49,112 nt of DNA. Origin: Amoebophrya sp. A120 (taxonomy: Eukaryota > Protista > Dinoflagellata). Numbering within the stretch: position 1 is the stretch's first letter; each line of letters begins with the position of its first letter. A program made the translations under genes and the position numbers. Of this stretch, positions 1 to 12,783 are shown piece after piece. Under the pieces are notes generated by a model that did not search any database, had not been told where the DNA came from, and saw only the letters and a program-made list of their open reading frames with translations. The stretch lies in the NCBI GenBank assembly GCA_905178155.1, contig CAJINV010000023.1, forward strand, positions 32,576 through 81,687, given 5' to 3'.

Positions 1-115
1 TGATAAGTTGCCAGACTTCTGGCAAATGCTCGCCAAGTCGCGAGGTTTTTTGTTGTCAAATCCGCTACTTTTTAGCGACCTCAGAAATGAGCCCCAAAAA
101 TATTACATTTTGATA

Positions 116-206
116 GCTAATCACGATGCTATGGGCTCACTCCCCCTCATGAGGGAAAGTGGACAGCTTTGGTGAGGGGGAGTGAGCCCATAGCATCGTG
201 ATTAGC
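116..206. repeat. Perfect 34-bp inverted repeat (foldback unit), copy 1
   Basis: gctaatcacgatgctatgggctcactccccctca ... tgagggggagtgagcccatagcatcgtgattagc; a diverged second copy lies at ~394-482. Confidence 0.9.
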
Positions 207-393
207 GAAACTAGCAGTGTTTTGGGCCCGGCAAATCGTGCCCATAGCGTGCAGTCTAGCTCCTAGAAAAAAATTAAAAAGGTACTCACTTTTTCATTCA
301 AATCAGCCACTTTTTGTCATTCAAATCAGCGACTTTTTGAGCTCGAATCTGCGAGCCGCAAAAAAGCCACAAAAAATATTACATTTTGATGGG

Positions 394-482
394 TAATCAC
401 GATGTTATAGGGTCACTCCCCCTCATGAGGGGGAGTGGGCAGCTTTGGTGAGGGGGAGTGAGCCTATAGCGTCTTGATTAGC
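394..482. repeat. Foldback unit, diverged copy 2
   Basis: Same hairpin as 116-206 with substitutions; both copies are preceded by aaaaatattacattttgat. Confidence 0.85.
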
Positions 483-699
483 TTTCGCAACATGTTGACG
501 ACAGACTGCAAACCTGTGCGAGGACGCTTTTGGTCGCACAAAAAGCAACGCAAACGCTGCGCATTTGGAGTCGAAATGTGCAAGATTTGATGACGCGAAA
601 ATGTATATATTTGGTGACATAAAAGTGCATTATTTGGTAACCAAATAAATATTCAAAACTTAATATTTTGAGGGGGAGGGGGAGTTATTCACTTGCGTA

Positions 700-735
700 A
701 CAAGTTTCCAGACCCAGACGTGTTTGCATTTGATA
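700..735. mobile_element. Right TIR of a family A introner (left end not identified)
   Basis: tttccagacccagacgtgtttgcatttgata matches the family A right end. Confidence 0.7.
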
Positions 736-1844
736 GAAAGGTGGCAGTACCAAGTCCGGCGCGAAAGGTGGAAACAACAATACCGGAGCGAAAGGTAAAA
801 GCCCAAATCTGAACAAAAACAAAAATCTTGACTCAAGCCATATAAAAAGTGCGTTGGCATTTACTATTCTGATTCAGGTCCATGTACTTGATCTATCTCC
901 ATTCAAACAGACTTTCCAATATTATAGACTTCGCTTTTCACAACTACCAGTAGAAATCTGAATCAATGGCAGTAGCACTTGAAGAAATTGCGACGCAAGT
1001 GCAAGATCACGACGTAGTACTTACTGGCGACATCCGCGTGAGTTGGTTCGTTTGTAATAACATCCCACCAATCCTGATCATGAAACAATAATCTCAAGGT
1101 AACGAGTCTGGCTCCGCGAAGGGTTCTGGATCTGGCAAACCCAAACCGAAACCAGGTAGCAAAAACGCAGCCAAGGCAAGCACTGGCAGCTCGGGTCCAG
1201 CTAGCAGTGCGAAAACTGGAAACAAAACGAATGTCGCTGCGGGGAGGAGTTCGGTGATATCCGCCGCAACAGTCGTGACGCGCCGCTCGCACTCATTGCA
1301 AGAGATACTCTGCATGACAGATTTTCCATTTGGTTTTCTGAATAGTCCGTGCAATGCGTGCTAGTTGTGAGCGCTGGGCGATGTCTTTGCACATGCATAT
1401 TTTTTGAAGAAGAACACCATCAAGGAACATAAGGTAATGAAAAAAACTACTGCAAAAATGAAGAAAGCCGCTGCAGCTGGTTCGTCCTCGTCCTCCTCTT
1501 CGTCTTCCACCGCGAAAATGGCCGTGAACCAAACTAGTATGAAAAAAGTACCGGCTGGATCTGCTACTGCTTTCGCCCCGTCTTCTACCACAAAAATGAG
1601 CATGAAGAAATCGTCTGGACCCGGATCTGCCCCAGTCGTGGTCGCGTCCTCTTCTACCACAAAAATGAGCATGAAGAAATCGTCTGGACCCGGATCTGCC
1701 CCAGTCGTGGCCGCGTCCTCTTCTACCACAAAAATGGGCTCGAAGAAGGCGTCTGGATCTGCTTCTTCAGCTTCCTCGTCTTCTGCGGTCGCGAAAGCGA
1801 AAACGGGGAATGTGGTGAAGAAAAATAACGGCAAGAAGAAATAA
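736..1844 (+). CDS. 3' part of a spliced gene encoding a Lys/Ser/Ala/Gly-rich low-complexity protein
   Basis: Exon-like frames KGGSTKSGAKGG, GSAKGSGSGKPKPKPG and ORF 1404-1844; putative GT-AG intron near 1039-1098; a degenerate B-like element at ~1258-1399; exon boundaries uncertain. Confidence 0.5.
1581..1740 (+). repeat. 69-bp coding tandem repeat (SSTTKMSMKKSSGPGSAPVVVAS, ~2.3 copies)
   Basis: Units start at 1581, 1650 and 1719. Confidence 0.9.
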
Positions 1845-3058
1845 GCACCTACCAGTTTTATTTGAAGAAGCGGCACGCCGTGGCGGTGGCGGTCGTCTCC
1901 ATGTGCACTGTATTTTTTTCTGCCTGCGTACTGTCGTCCGCAGCTAGATCACTCATCCTCTTCACCTGTGCCGTGGTTCAGAGACTGCGCAACAACAAGT
2001 TTGATAAAAATCTCAAGTAGCCGGCCCACGACTGGCGAGAACGGTGCGGACTTTCGCTGAGGCACAGCTGGGAGACCGCACTCTTCGTCTTCGAAGTAGA
2101 CGCAAGTCTTACACTGAATATCATTGTAGTCCACACTGAAATTTTCAAAGAACCTGTAGCAATGAGCTACAGGTACAACACAACGTTACTGCAAAATCTG
2201 TTTTTTCATTATATTTGTCTCCAGTACCCAAAAAATTATATATGAATCAGTTTAATTTCAAATTCAAGCTCAAGTAGAAGTAGGCGTTCAAGTAGAAGCA
2301 GGCGACCAATCTATCAAAACTAATCGGCCCACATCAAGAAATAAGGCTGCAAAAGGCGTACTATATGAGTTTTTAGAGCGGATCCCGTGCGGGCACGTCC
2401 CATCTTCGGATAATCTATGAAAACCCCTTGGATTCGTCACTAAGTCCATTTGGATAGAAGTTTGGCGCGTCTGGAAATAAAGCAAGAGAGTCTCTCTTAG
2501 TCTTCGTGTTCGTTGCAAGCAACGCAATTGGAATTGCCCGCACTCCAAGTCAGAAAGGTATTAGAGCGGGTTCCGGGCAAGAACGTTGGTCAACGAGCTG
2601 AGGCGCTATTTCATCCAGGTATTTTCCAATCGTGCGCAAGGAGGGTGTTTGCGAGCGAAAAGAGAGTCAAAGACTCCACTTAGAAGACTATTGCTGCATT
2701 CGCAGAAGAAAAGCAGCATCCTGGTTGAGACTTTGCTTCGCTGTGACGATCTACACTAGACGCAGAGTTGTTTCGTTTCGACGTCCTGTTTCTCAAGCAG
2801 TATCTTCTTTCTAGATTCTTCTCTGTTTTTGCAGTCACCATCACCGAATACAAATTTGAAGTTATCAGCAATCGGAGCCTGAAAAAGCTAGTTGCGAGAC
2901 AAGATCTCACTACGCGTAAGTCCGGCAAACGCGTTGCGCGCGACGATGGTTCGTTTTCTTCGGGGCTCCGTGGCGCTTTGATTGTCTCCAGCCAGGAAGA
3001 GTCCGCTGCCTCGCCGCGTTTCCCCGTAGGGACATCGAGGCTGCGAAGCCGTCAACGG

Positions 3059-3342
3059 TATCAAGTGCAACTGTGTGCGTCTGTGCCCTCTGCTGGAAGG
3101 AAATAAGCCCAGCGCGTAGCTTATGCAGTTTTTGCATCTGCAAGACGGTCGTTCTTAATGCGTACAGAGCTTGACAGTCTGAGTGTGCATTGCAAGTGCC
3201 CACCTCAGCAAACACAGCCAGCGCGTTGTATATATTTCTCAGCTGACAATCATGCAACAGCAGCACAGATTTTTGTCTGTTCCAGAATGCGCATGATTGA
3301 AGACTTGCATCTTTCCAGATCCAGACACATTTGCACTGGATA
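3059..3342. mobile_element. Degenerate family A introner/MITE
   Basis: tatcaagtgcaactgtgtgc... and ...ttccagatccagacacatttgcactggata; TSD not conserved. Confidence 0.6.
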
Positions 3343-6300
3343 GGCTGTCAAGTTCCTGCAGAATCTCGCGCCGCTTTTCGCCCCGGCTACGTATGGCGCT
3401 CTCAAGCGTTGCACTGTTTGCCGTCACATGCTCTGTCATGCAAAATTGCCAACAGCTTCAGTGTCAGTCACCACGCGGCAGCCTTTAGTCTGTGCCGAGT
3501 TTGTAATGCGAGACGCGTAAGCCCCCCCCCCGTTCGTTGTTTTTGCTACTCCCGCATTCCAAATTCATGTGTGTGGCAACTCATGCTAACGACAAGCAAT
3601 GTAAGCGCTTGCGGGCTCCATACTGCAGAGCGTTCGGACCACACTGAGTGCACTTCCATGGCCACGCATTACATTGCGCCTACGTATTATATTGCGCCTA
3701 CATGGCGGAGTACGTCGCCCACGCAGGAGCCGGGGCAATGGGGCAATGGCTGCCGCCACGCCCTCCCCCCGCGCCGCCGCGCCCCGACGCGCAGGGGCAG
3801 GCGCGAGGCTTTCCGGCGTTCATTGTCGAACCGCGCGCGCGGGGCGCGGTGGCTTGCCAAGCCCTGGCGCGCCGGGTTTCGGGGAAATCAATGGGGCACG
3901 CAGCCCCTTCGATGTGCCGTTCATGCGCCCTCATTGCCTCGAGGTTTTGCGCCGCCTTGTGGCGCGGAAGGCGTGGCTCCTCGGATGCCTAGACACAGTG
4001 CCTGGCGCCTCGCGCCCGGCTTGGGAGCCGTGTCGTACCACGGGCGGAACATCTATTTTGTCCACTATTGTATGATTTTACAAGAAAAACCTGCAAAAAG
4101 TAACAAGTCCCGATCTAGTTCCAAGCTTCACGTGTACAGATCAAGCTATAAGCTTCTGCCTTGAATTTTACAGCCCTATACCAAATTGCCGGAAGAGCCT
4201 CTACCTATTCGAGGGGGATGATTTTTAAGGAAGTTAAAACCAGAACCACGTACCGGGTCAGTGGCTGGAGTTAAGAAGCAGGGGAAGAGAAGAAGTTGAT
4301 AGTGAGGCGTGGCAAGAGGCTGTAGTCCATGAAAAATGTTTTTGAAGGTTTAGTCAAAGTTTCAGCAGCAAGTAGTATTGATCCAAATCAAAAATGCTTA
4401 CGTACAGCTCTAGAAATGACCCTTTAAGCAAACTTCAACAAAGCCTATTATGTGAATTTAAAAAACAAAAGCAGAGAAGAGCCTTGCTATTTTTAGTGTA
4501 TTTTTAACCCCTTTACTTTGTCTCGCAATTTCCTTTTAGAGTTTGAAGTGCCCTCTTCTATCACGACTTGACAAGGAGAAACATTGTGGACAAAGGCGCA
4601 GAACCTGCTCGAATCGCGCCCTAGATCCGAACCGATGATGATCGGCCCCATTGATTCACTGCGCCGGATACGCACCTGATCAATTAGCGTTTGTTAGCTG
4701 CCGGGCTTCCTGCTGGGCTCTTGATCTTCGGGTCTTCCCGGTGGGCTCTTGCCAGGTGGGCCGTACACAATCTGTGCGTGTGCGGTTTCTCAGCGTGAAA
4801 AGTCGGGCCCGCACACTGGTCGCGCGTTCCGTCGTGAGAGTTAGAGAAATCTTCCGCTCGTGATAGACAAAGGCTAGTGCATTAAAGAACGATTGATTGA
4901 TTGATTCATTCTAGAAAAAAATGCTGGGAAACGGGCCAACTAGAACCCATACCGATCCGGGCCGGATCAGCAACATTGCGCCTCACGCTGTTCAAATTTA
5001 TGTTGTTGTCATATGATTCCGCATGTTGTGATCCGAAAACAGAATGTTGTGCCGTAATATTTGTGCGTGGCGGCTGCAAAAGTTCAAAGTCATCCTGTGC
5101 GGCTTTCATGCACAGTTGCATTTTTCGCAGATCTTTATTACTCAAACCGCAAGAGAAACTCGTTTGGGATGATTTCAAAACAAAAATGTGTTGATCGCTT
5201 CCGTGCAAGATCGTGATCGAAAATCACTGCCTCGTTCCCCTACAATTCACGATCTTGTGGCCTGGTGGATCAGATCTTATCGAGGATCCGCTGGATCTTC
5301 ACTGTTGGTTCCCGGTTCCGGAGGCAATTTTAAATGCTTTGATTGAAATGTTCTCGAAGTCCGATCGAGATCGGCCGACACAAATTGTAAATGTATTGCA
5401 TTTTTGCACGTTGAGTACTTAAGTACCAAGAACCCTCCTGAATGTAGTTTGTAAGCTGCCTCATCGTATTGACAACAGTACCAATCCCTACAAGAGTTGC
5501 ACTCACAAGTAGCAGGGCTGTGTGTCGAACTGGAGGGCCAAAAATTGTGTAGTAGTTTGTGTTGCGTAGTATTGATTATATAACGATTTCTATCTCAATC
5601 TCGGTACTGGTACAAGGTATTGCTTATTATTGTACTAACATCTATCATTTCCATTTGTTCCGCACGAAATTTATCGTAGCTTGTCAAACTATTAATTCTT
5701 CAGCTCGAAATTGGGTAATAAAAAAACAGCTGTATGAAGATGTTGATGTTACTCCTCCAAATTGGATTTTTTTTGGTTTTTACCACGTTCTCTTTTGATC
5801 GCCACTGCCCGTTGTTCGCAACCGCAGTGAGACTTACGTTCACGAGCACTGTACCTCTTTTTCGACCAGCTGAAATAAATCAACATGGGTCTTCAATTAC
5901 CCGCGAGTTCAAAGATCATGAAGTCGAGGAGATAACGAAAAGGCTGAAGAAGCTCGGGCTGGAAGACGAAAAGAAAATTGCAACCACCTCGAGGACTCCA
6001 ATGACGGTTACGCCGCATGACTCGGAGACAATGTCGCCAGTGACGGATATGGAGGTTTCGACGTCGCCTTCGTCAGGCAGTGAGGAACCACTTCTACCTG
6101 GATTTTGTTCGTCTGAAGGCCAGCGAAACTACCAAAAAGTAAAGCCATTACAACTTAGAGTGGACCTTGTCCAGCCAGGACTCAGCCAACACGCGATGTT
6201 GAAGCAGAGCTGTCCAGGAAGCGCCGCCGGCCAAGGTGCGTTGCAGCAAGGCAGGTGTTCTGGAGGAAGTTGTGTCGACGATGCGACCATGATGAATGGG

Positions 6301-6614
6301 GGGCACGTAAAGGTGGATCGCAATGTACCAATTGCTGGTGCAGGTGGTCAACACGGAGGATTTTTTGGTGTAGCCGTGACTCCTTCCGTGGTCTCCGCAG
6401 CACGATTAGAATCGACGAGGAGATCAGCAAACAAGAATCCAAAAGCAGCACCACCACGACGGGCTTACGCGGGCTCTGGAGGTACAGCACCTCCAACTTC
6501 TAGCGCTGGATCAAAGCGGCGGTCTACTGAGGATGTTGATCTTGTTGCGTCGTCGAGAGCACGACGGGGACCGCCACGACTTGGCGCAGACGATGACCAG
6601 GTGGATGATGGCCA

Positions 6615-6667
6615 GCAAGTCGGTTCCCACTCGTCCGTGCCGCCCGTAAAAAGTCCTTTTCCCGGTC
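6615..6667 (+). repeat. Direct repeat R1 (53 bp)
   Basis: gcaagtcggttcccactcgtccgtgccgcccgtaaaaagtccttttcccggtc, identical to 13155-13207. Confidence 0.95.
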
Positions 6668-6959
6668 CTGCAATACAGATTTTGTAATGCGAAAATTTGT
6701 GATGCGAAGTTTCCAAATGAAAACTTTTTGTCATGCATGAAAGGAGTACGAATCTTTCTGATGCAGAGTCTAGGCATATATAGAATCGCTTGCATGACAA
6801 GAGCCGCTCTTCCTGGGGGCTTTTGCAATACAAACCTTTGCTATTCACGATTGAAAACCTGTGATGCTGATAGATGCAAGAGGGCGAATGTTTCATTTGG
6901 AAAGGTTTGCAATACAAGTGCTCCCAAGTTCGGGGGTGGGGGCATTTTTCATTGCAATA
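6668..6959. mobile_element. Family E introner truncated on the left by repeat R1
   Basis: Reverse-complement homologue of 18068-18377; right end ggggtgggggcatttttcattgcaata; left TIR missing. Confidence 0.85.
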
Positions 6960-8300
6960 AGAGCTGTGCGGAGGGTCGTGGCAAGATTACTTCGCGAGTT
7001 ACGGGGGCGACGTACTTACTTCATATTGTGGTCGACTTTTTCATTTCCGATGACATAAATTTTGTCATGTCAACCAAAAAGGCACCGACTGCCCTCAGAC
7101 CTCCGACGTCATGTCAACCGGTACAAGTGTAGTTTCTGAAAAGCGAGCCCTCACCACTTCTATTTCTTTGATGCCATTGTTCCAGATCATTTCTGCGAGG
7201 TGAACCATGCAACGTTTATTTGTTGATGTACACTCAGGTCGCCATTCCCGGGTCGCCCGCGAATGCGGTGTTTGCACAAAACCAGAAGCTTGCCCAGGTG
7301 CGGAAGGCCCGGTTTGATTTTCGGGGCAAACGCGTCAGCATGATCAACAACGCGTTGCTAGGCGGTACTGGTAGTATCGGAACAAACCTCCACTCCGGTA
7401 GCTCAGACAACAGCGCATCTGCAAGCAGGTCGACTGACAATGCGCCGGTGTCCAAGCAGAATGGGCTAGCGCGGCAGAGTTTGGTAACCAATGCGTTGGT
7501 GAATTTCAACCGGGGCGGCAGGGGAGGCGGCCCAGGGGGCCATAATTCTGGGTACAGCGAGGAGGATTGGACGCAGGCAGGCAGTAGAACCGGCGCGTCG
7601 GGACAAGATCAGGATTTGAACAGCATGCTGCGGCTGCACAACATGCTGAAAAAACAGGAGGAAGAGATGGAAGAGGAGCGGAATTATTTCCTAAAACAGC
7701 TGAAGGTCGAAACCGCCAGCTTGCAGGACTTGAAAACGCTCTTGAAAAAGTACTACACAACAACTACGAGAAGTACTTCTTCTACTACTAGCACAACGGC
7801 AGGATCAGGCTCTACTTCGCTGGGAAAGAATTATGGTGCGAATCATCCTGGACCCGGTCCTCAACAATTCGGTGCCTCGCCGAACAAAGCGAATACCGGT
7901 ACAGCTGCTTCTTTTCATCCATTATCAAATGCAAAAGTGTCTGGGTCTGGAAAGGTTGAACCTGTATTGCGTGTCCAGCATTCCTGGAAATTCTGTATTG
8001 CATAAAAGCATCAAAAGCGCCACAGTTTCGTCATGAAAAGTCGCAGTTTGTAATTCGCGCTAAGCATCAGAAAGCGCTTGGAAAATTTGTCATGCTGCAC
8101 TGCACTTAAAGGCACATTAAATCATGACCATTCAGCATTACAGGTTTCCAGCCCCAGGCATATTTGCATTCCATATCCATCCGGAGGGAGCAATGGCGCC
8201 AATAGTTGTACTTCTTCCTCTGCAAAAACGTCGGGGGCAGGGGCGGGCGGGGGTCCTGCGTCTTTTGGGCGGCGCATCACACTGCGAACGGTAGCAGAAT
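6960..8300 (+). pseudogene. Captured internal fragment of an unrelated spliced gene (includes a short coiled-coil segment)
   Basis: ORF 7220-8005 (exon from ~7238 after ctcag) continues in frame into ORF 8078 once introner 7923-8175 is removed; no 5' end present. Confidence 0.55.
7923..8175. mobile_element. Family A introner
   Basis: tatcaaatgcaaaagtgtctgggtctgg...ccaggcatatttgcattccata; TSD TCCAT/TCCAT. Confidence 0.9.
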
Positions 8301-8414
8301 TGCTGGTGATGTTTGGCGTTTTATGCAACAGAAAAACTACCCGACGCCGACCATCTTGTTCACGCATAGTGCACAGAAATAATTTAATTTTAAGCAGGGA
8401 ATATATCACATAAG

Positions 8415-8456
8415 GCAAGTCGGTTCCCACTCGTCCGTGCCGCCCGTAAAAAGTCC
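8415..8456 (+). repeat. Direct repeat R2 (41-42 bp)
   Basis: Identical to the first 42 nt of R1. Confidence 0.95.
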
Positions 8457-8642
8457 AGCTCCAGCCCGGCCGAGGACATCAGCTGCACTATGGACGAGCA
8501 AGGGATCGACAATGATCGAAGCGGAACGGGTGAAAACGAACTGGATCCGTTTTTGGAAAACACCAACGCTGTTTTGTACAGGATTGCGACGGACCTGGAC
8601 ATAGATTTGAGCTTCGAACTAAACCTTGATAGGTACTACTAG
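8457..8642 (+). pseudogene. Captured 3' end of another gene (...ELDPFLENTNAVLYRIATDLDIDLSFELNLDRYY*)
   Basis: Open, protein-like frame starting directly at the repeat junction and ending at TAG 8640-8642, followed by intergenic-like DNA. Confidence 0.45.
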
Positions 8643-9496
8643 GTTCTACTGCTAAACATAATAAGTCCTGCCGCGCCCTCGCATTTCTACGACCTCTGTA
8701 AACAGATTGCGTGATGAAATATGAGACGAGCATCGGCACAACTTCTGATGTTTTTTCTCCTGAGTGAGTACTTGCAACAGTCAATCAATACATTCACGAT
8801 TTTTGATAACCATCGGACATTTTTTCAAACACATGAATTACAACAAAAAGAAAAGTTGTCTACTACTAGATGTAGCAAGGACTTGACAGGCCGGAGGCGT
8901 TTTGTTCTTCACCTACCTAAGCGAGCAGTTCAGTGCAAAAGTGTATAGTCCTCAATTGCTGCGTACTGTTTCAAGTACAAAAGCACAAGCAGCTTGACAG
9001 AAATAAATCGTGGGAGGGAGGGTTCGTGCAGGGGCTAGGTCGTTGTGGTGACTGAAGTCGGTCGTGAATTCGTTGGAAGATTGCTCGATTGCTGTAAGTA
9101 GGTGTCGTGAAAATAATGCAAGGAGTAGTACTAAAGTATAATAGCAGTATCATACTCGTCATGCTCGTGATCGTGACGACGGAGAAGCACTCTTTTCTAT
9201 ACCAACAGCGTCTCAAACAAAATTTCGTACAACGTGTGGACAACACAGCGTCTTGTAGTTCGTCGTAAACATCGTTGAAAGGAGAGCGGAGCCCTGTACA
9301 CAGCATTCTGCTCTTGCAAACGTTATCGTTGAAGGCATGAAAATGATATTTCTTGTAGTCATTGATTTACTTGGACTTGGTCTTATTTCCTGATGTGCGT
9401 GGCAAGCTTATCCGCATTATTTTTCAAAATTGGCACGAACACTACCACTAGAGTTTTTTTTCGACACTTCTTGTCTTGACAAAAGCCAGCCTCAAA

Positions 9497-9796
9497 ATGG
9501 TTGTGTGGACGATCTCTACTTCGAAGCTGGTTCCGGTGGTTCTACTGTCGGGCGCGGCCCTCGTGTTCGGCGAGATGCACACCCCCTCGGCTCCTCCGGC
9601 TCAAGCGGAAGAAGCGGGCTCCGTCGAGAACTCCCCCTCCCCGCGTTCTTTCGCGCAAACGAAGAAGGTTTCCACGGGTGAGGATCCGCCACAGCCTGTG
9701 TTTTCGGCGAACGTGACGCTCGCACTGCAGGTGGTGAATGATCCGCTGACGCCGATTGCCAGCGTCCTGGAAATCTTCAAGGCGTCCCGGAATGTG
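9497..9796 (+). CDS. First exon of a putative signal-peptide protein (within captured fragment 2)
   Basis: ATG 9497, MVVWTISTSKLVPVVLLSGAALVFG; GT donor at 9797 followed by an AT-rich intron ending tttgtag. Confidence 0.5.
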
Positions 9797-10169
9797 GTAC
9801 TTACTATAGTAGACGCTATCTCTATAACTAATATAGTAATAAAAATCTTCGTAAAAATAACTACTTTGTAGTACAACTACGAAGCGGCCGTCGCCGCTAA
9901 TTTGGTCTTTGCGCTTCACTTGTAATCGCTCCTTTGCATCAGCATGTCATCGCTTCACAAATAATTTTCCTCGCAGCTACTTTTGCGTGCGGGTGCGGAC
10001 GCGGATGGGAGTGGCATGGTGTCCAATCAGGAGACGAAGGACTGGTGTGCGAAAAGCTGTTCGAATATGGAAACGTCAGGTGGGAAATTAATCAGCAAAA
10101 AGGAAATATGAATAATAGTTCGTCATGCATAGCAAGAATCGATAGCGGTTGGAGCTGAACCAATCGATA

Positions 10170-10210
10170 GCAAGTCGGTTCCCACTCGTCCGTGCCGCCC
10201 GTAAAAAGTC
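10170..10210 (+). repeat. Direct repeat R3 (41 bp)
   Basis: Identical to the first 41 nt of R1. Confidence 0.95.
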
Positions 10211-10341
10211 ATGCGAAAAGCGCAACACGAAGCCGGCGCGGAAATATTTCTCACGCTTGGCTGCGCATTACAGACGAGAAATCACTATTCACAACTCAGC
10301 ATTACAAGTTTCCAGACCCAGATCCATATTTGCATTTGATA
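10211..10341. mobile_element. Family A introner truncated on the left by repeat R3
   Basis: Only the right part remains, ending tttccagacccagatccatatttgcatttgata. Confidence 0.8.
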
Positions 10342-10474
10342 GAGCCGGTGCAAGCACAAGTCCAAGCGAAACAGCTCCTTGCGCAGCTTGTCCGCGTGCG
10401 AGACAGCCATGCTCTTGAACATTCGCCGAAATTTTTCCTTGGCAGAAAGCTTTTTCCCGGTTAATTGGCTGAAG

Positions 10475-10783
10475 TATTACAATGAAAAATGCCCCCACCT
10501 CAGAAATTGGCAGCATTTGCATTGCTAACCTTTCCAATACAAACTTTCCCCGTCTTGCATATATCAGCATCACAAATTTTCCATGCTGAATAGCGTAAAT
10601 TTGTGTTGCAAAGGAGCCCAACAGCAGCCGGATCTGTCAGGCAGAAGATACCTTGCGCACCTAGATTCTGCATCAGAAAGACTCGTAGTCCCTTCATGCA
10701 TAGACAAAAAGTTTTTCATTTGAAAACCTTATGCATGAGAAACTTTTGCAAATTCCGGGGTGGGGGCATTTTTCAGTGCAATA
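10475..10783. mobile_element. Family E introner
   Basis: tattacaatgaaaaatgcccccacc...ggtgggggcatttttcagtgcaata; TSD TGAAG/TGAAA. Confidence 0.9.
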
Positions 10784-11143
10784 TGAAACGGTTGGGGTCC
10801 AGGCGCGCGTCGACGTGGTCTCGGGACCGTTCCACCCCGGAATCGCTGCTGTTCTTCTGCGTTACGCCAAACTGCTCCAGCTCGGAGATGAGGGAGTCGG
10901 TGGGCAGGATGCCCAGGGTCAGATACATGGACCCGACATCGTAACTGAACGCTTGCTTCCCGCGACTCGCGGCCTGGGCCGCAGTGGCGGCCTCGACGCT
11001 GCCCTGGGGCACGGCAATCTGTGCGGCTGCGGACGAGGCCCCCGAGGGAGGCGGATTGTGATAAATACCCGCCCCGGAAGAAAGGGTCGACGGGCGGGTG
11101 CCCGTGGCCGCGGTGGACGAAAGATTCGTACTTCGTGACGGGA

Positions 11144-11418
11144 TGTCAAGTGGAAAAATGTCCGGGTCTGGAAGATTGGAGGACTTGTCATGCACATTTT
11201 GCATGATCCACGATATGTGTGACGTATGCGCTAGCTGCATCACAGATTTTGTGAGGGCTTCCTGATGTTGCCTATACCGCATGACAAATGTTGCCCTTTC
11301 CGCGTGTACAAAAACTGGACTCCTCTTGCGGCTTACGCTGCAATACAGATTTTTCTAGAATCCAAAGACAGCATAACAAGTCTCATCCTTTCAGACCCAG
11401 ACATTTTTGCAGTGCATA
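11144..11418. mobile_element. Family A introner (variant left end TGT)
   Basis: tgtcaagtggaaaaatgtccgggtctggaa...cagacccagacatttttgcagtgcata; TSD CGGGA/CGGGA. Confidence 0.85.
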
Positions 11419-11468
11419 CGGGACGGCAGAGGAGGCGGGGTTGATGCTGCTGCTCGTAGTAGTTTCGG

Positions 11469-11616
11469 TATCCTGTGCAAAAGTATCGCACTCGTATTGC
11501 AGTCATGCATTACAAATCTTGCTCTTAAGGCAAATCCGCATTACACATTTTATTTCTCATGCTGAGCAGGAAATTTGTAATGCATTTATACGAGTACGAT
11601 ACTTTTGCAGTTCATA
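11469..11616. mobile_element. Family B introner
   Basis: tatcctgtgcaaaagtatcgcactcg...cgagtacgatacttttgcagttcata; TSD TTCGG/TACGG. Confidence 0.9.
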
Positions 11617-11682
11617 TACGGAAGATTTTATCCTGGCACCTGCCGTGCTGGTGTTTGCCATCGAGGTGCTTGTGCTTGCTGG

Positions 11683-11906
11683 TATCCTGAGAAAAAAGTG
11701 TTACAGTTAAGTACACACTCTCATGCAAGACAACAAGCAAGACAGACAATCTCTGTCATGCAGGAAACGCTTGCCAGCCTCATTCTATCGTCCGTGTTAT
11801 TTTCCCTTATAGTCTGCGCATTAGAAGTTTCCTTCTCCATGCAGAGCAAATTTGTGATGCTGATATTCCAACAAATGTGTAACTGTAACACTTTTTTCCT
11901 GCGATA
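11683..11906. mobile_element. Family H introner
   Basis: tatcctgagaaaaaagtgttacagtta...taactgtaacacttttttcctgcgata; TSD GCTGG/GCTGG. Confidence 0.85.
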
Positions 11907-12445
11907 GCTGGCTGCTGGACAACATTATTAGTACTGATAAACCGGTCAGACTCAGAACGTCTACTTGTAGTTGTTTCACCGGCGACGTTTGCTGCAGCCT
12001 GCGGTGTGGGTGTGGCGGTCGCGTCCTCTCGAGTGGATTCCAGGTCGTCGTTGAAGGAAACCCGACTCGAAGCCGTCGCTCAACCTTTCGTCGACTTCGC
12101 CACTGGAGATGAAGAAGATCCTGGTGAAGATGCAGCTTTAGTAGAAGCTAGTACAACCGTGTTTACCGCCCCAGCATTTTTTGTGGGTCCGCCAGCAGGA
12201 GAGGATGAGCTTTTATTTGGTGGACTACTTGCTCTAGGCGGCTCCCGATCTCCTGCTTGTTCCGCGCTTTTGTGGTCTTGTTGGGCAGTAGTAGGTGTAC
12301 CCCACGCGGTTCTACTACTACTACTACTTCCGGGTGGTCTTGCTTTCGGACTGAACTTGCTGCGATCTTCAGTACCGGAGGTTTCCTTGCTCTCCTTGCT
12401 TGCCACACCCATCAGACCCGACTGCGGGGTGAAGGGCTGCTGCTG

Positions 12446-12783
12446 TATCAAAACGAAACTGTATCCCCCCTACCCATACTGAAATGGAGACTTTGACTTG
12501 TGTAGCATAAATGGCGACCACGAGTCTTGTTCTTCACGTTGTCATGCTAGAAGGCAAAAGATGCGGACTGTCATGGTGGCTGGCGTGGGAAATCAACCTT
12601 GCATCTTGAGCATGACAGGAGACAACTGGAAGGAAGAAACAGCATGACAAACTGCTTGCAGGTCTTCAGGCCACAGCTGCGTCTCTCCGCCTTCTGCCAA
12701 GAATGCCCGTCGATTTGTGTACTCAAATACAGCATCACAGATTTCGTTTTCGACATGGGGAGGGGGGATTTTTCCTCACAGTA
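12446..12783. mobile_element. Degenerate family C-like introner
   Basis: tatc...ccccctaccc / ggggaggggggatttttcctcacagta; TSD TGCTG/AGCTG; joins two minus-strand ORFs. Confidence 0.7.

Noticed and set aside
1404-1844. Histone H1 or dinoflagellate viral nucleoprotein (DVNP) assignment
   Set aside because: Only compositional similarity (Lys/Ser/Ala-rich); no globular domain or family motif seen.
3331-4164. 277-aa ORF and overlapping ORFs in a GC-rich patch
   Set aside because: Open frames on several strands reflect high GC; there is no recognisable motif, and it may be a repeat fragment.
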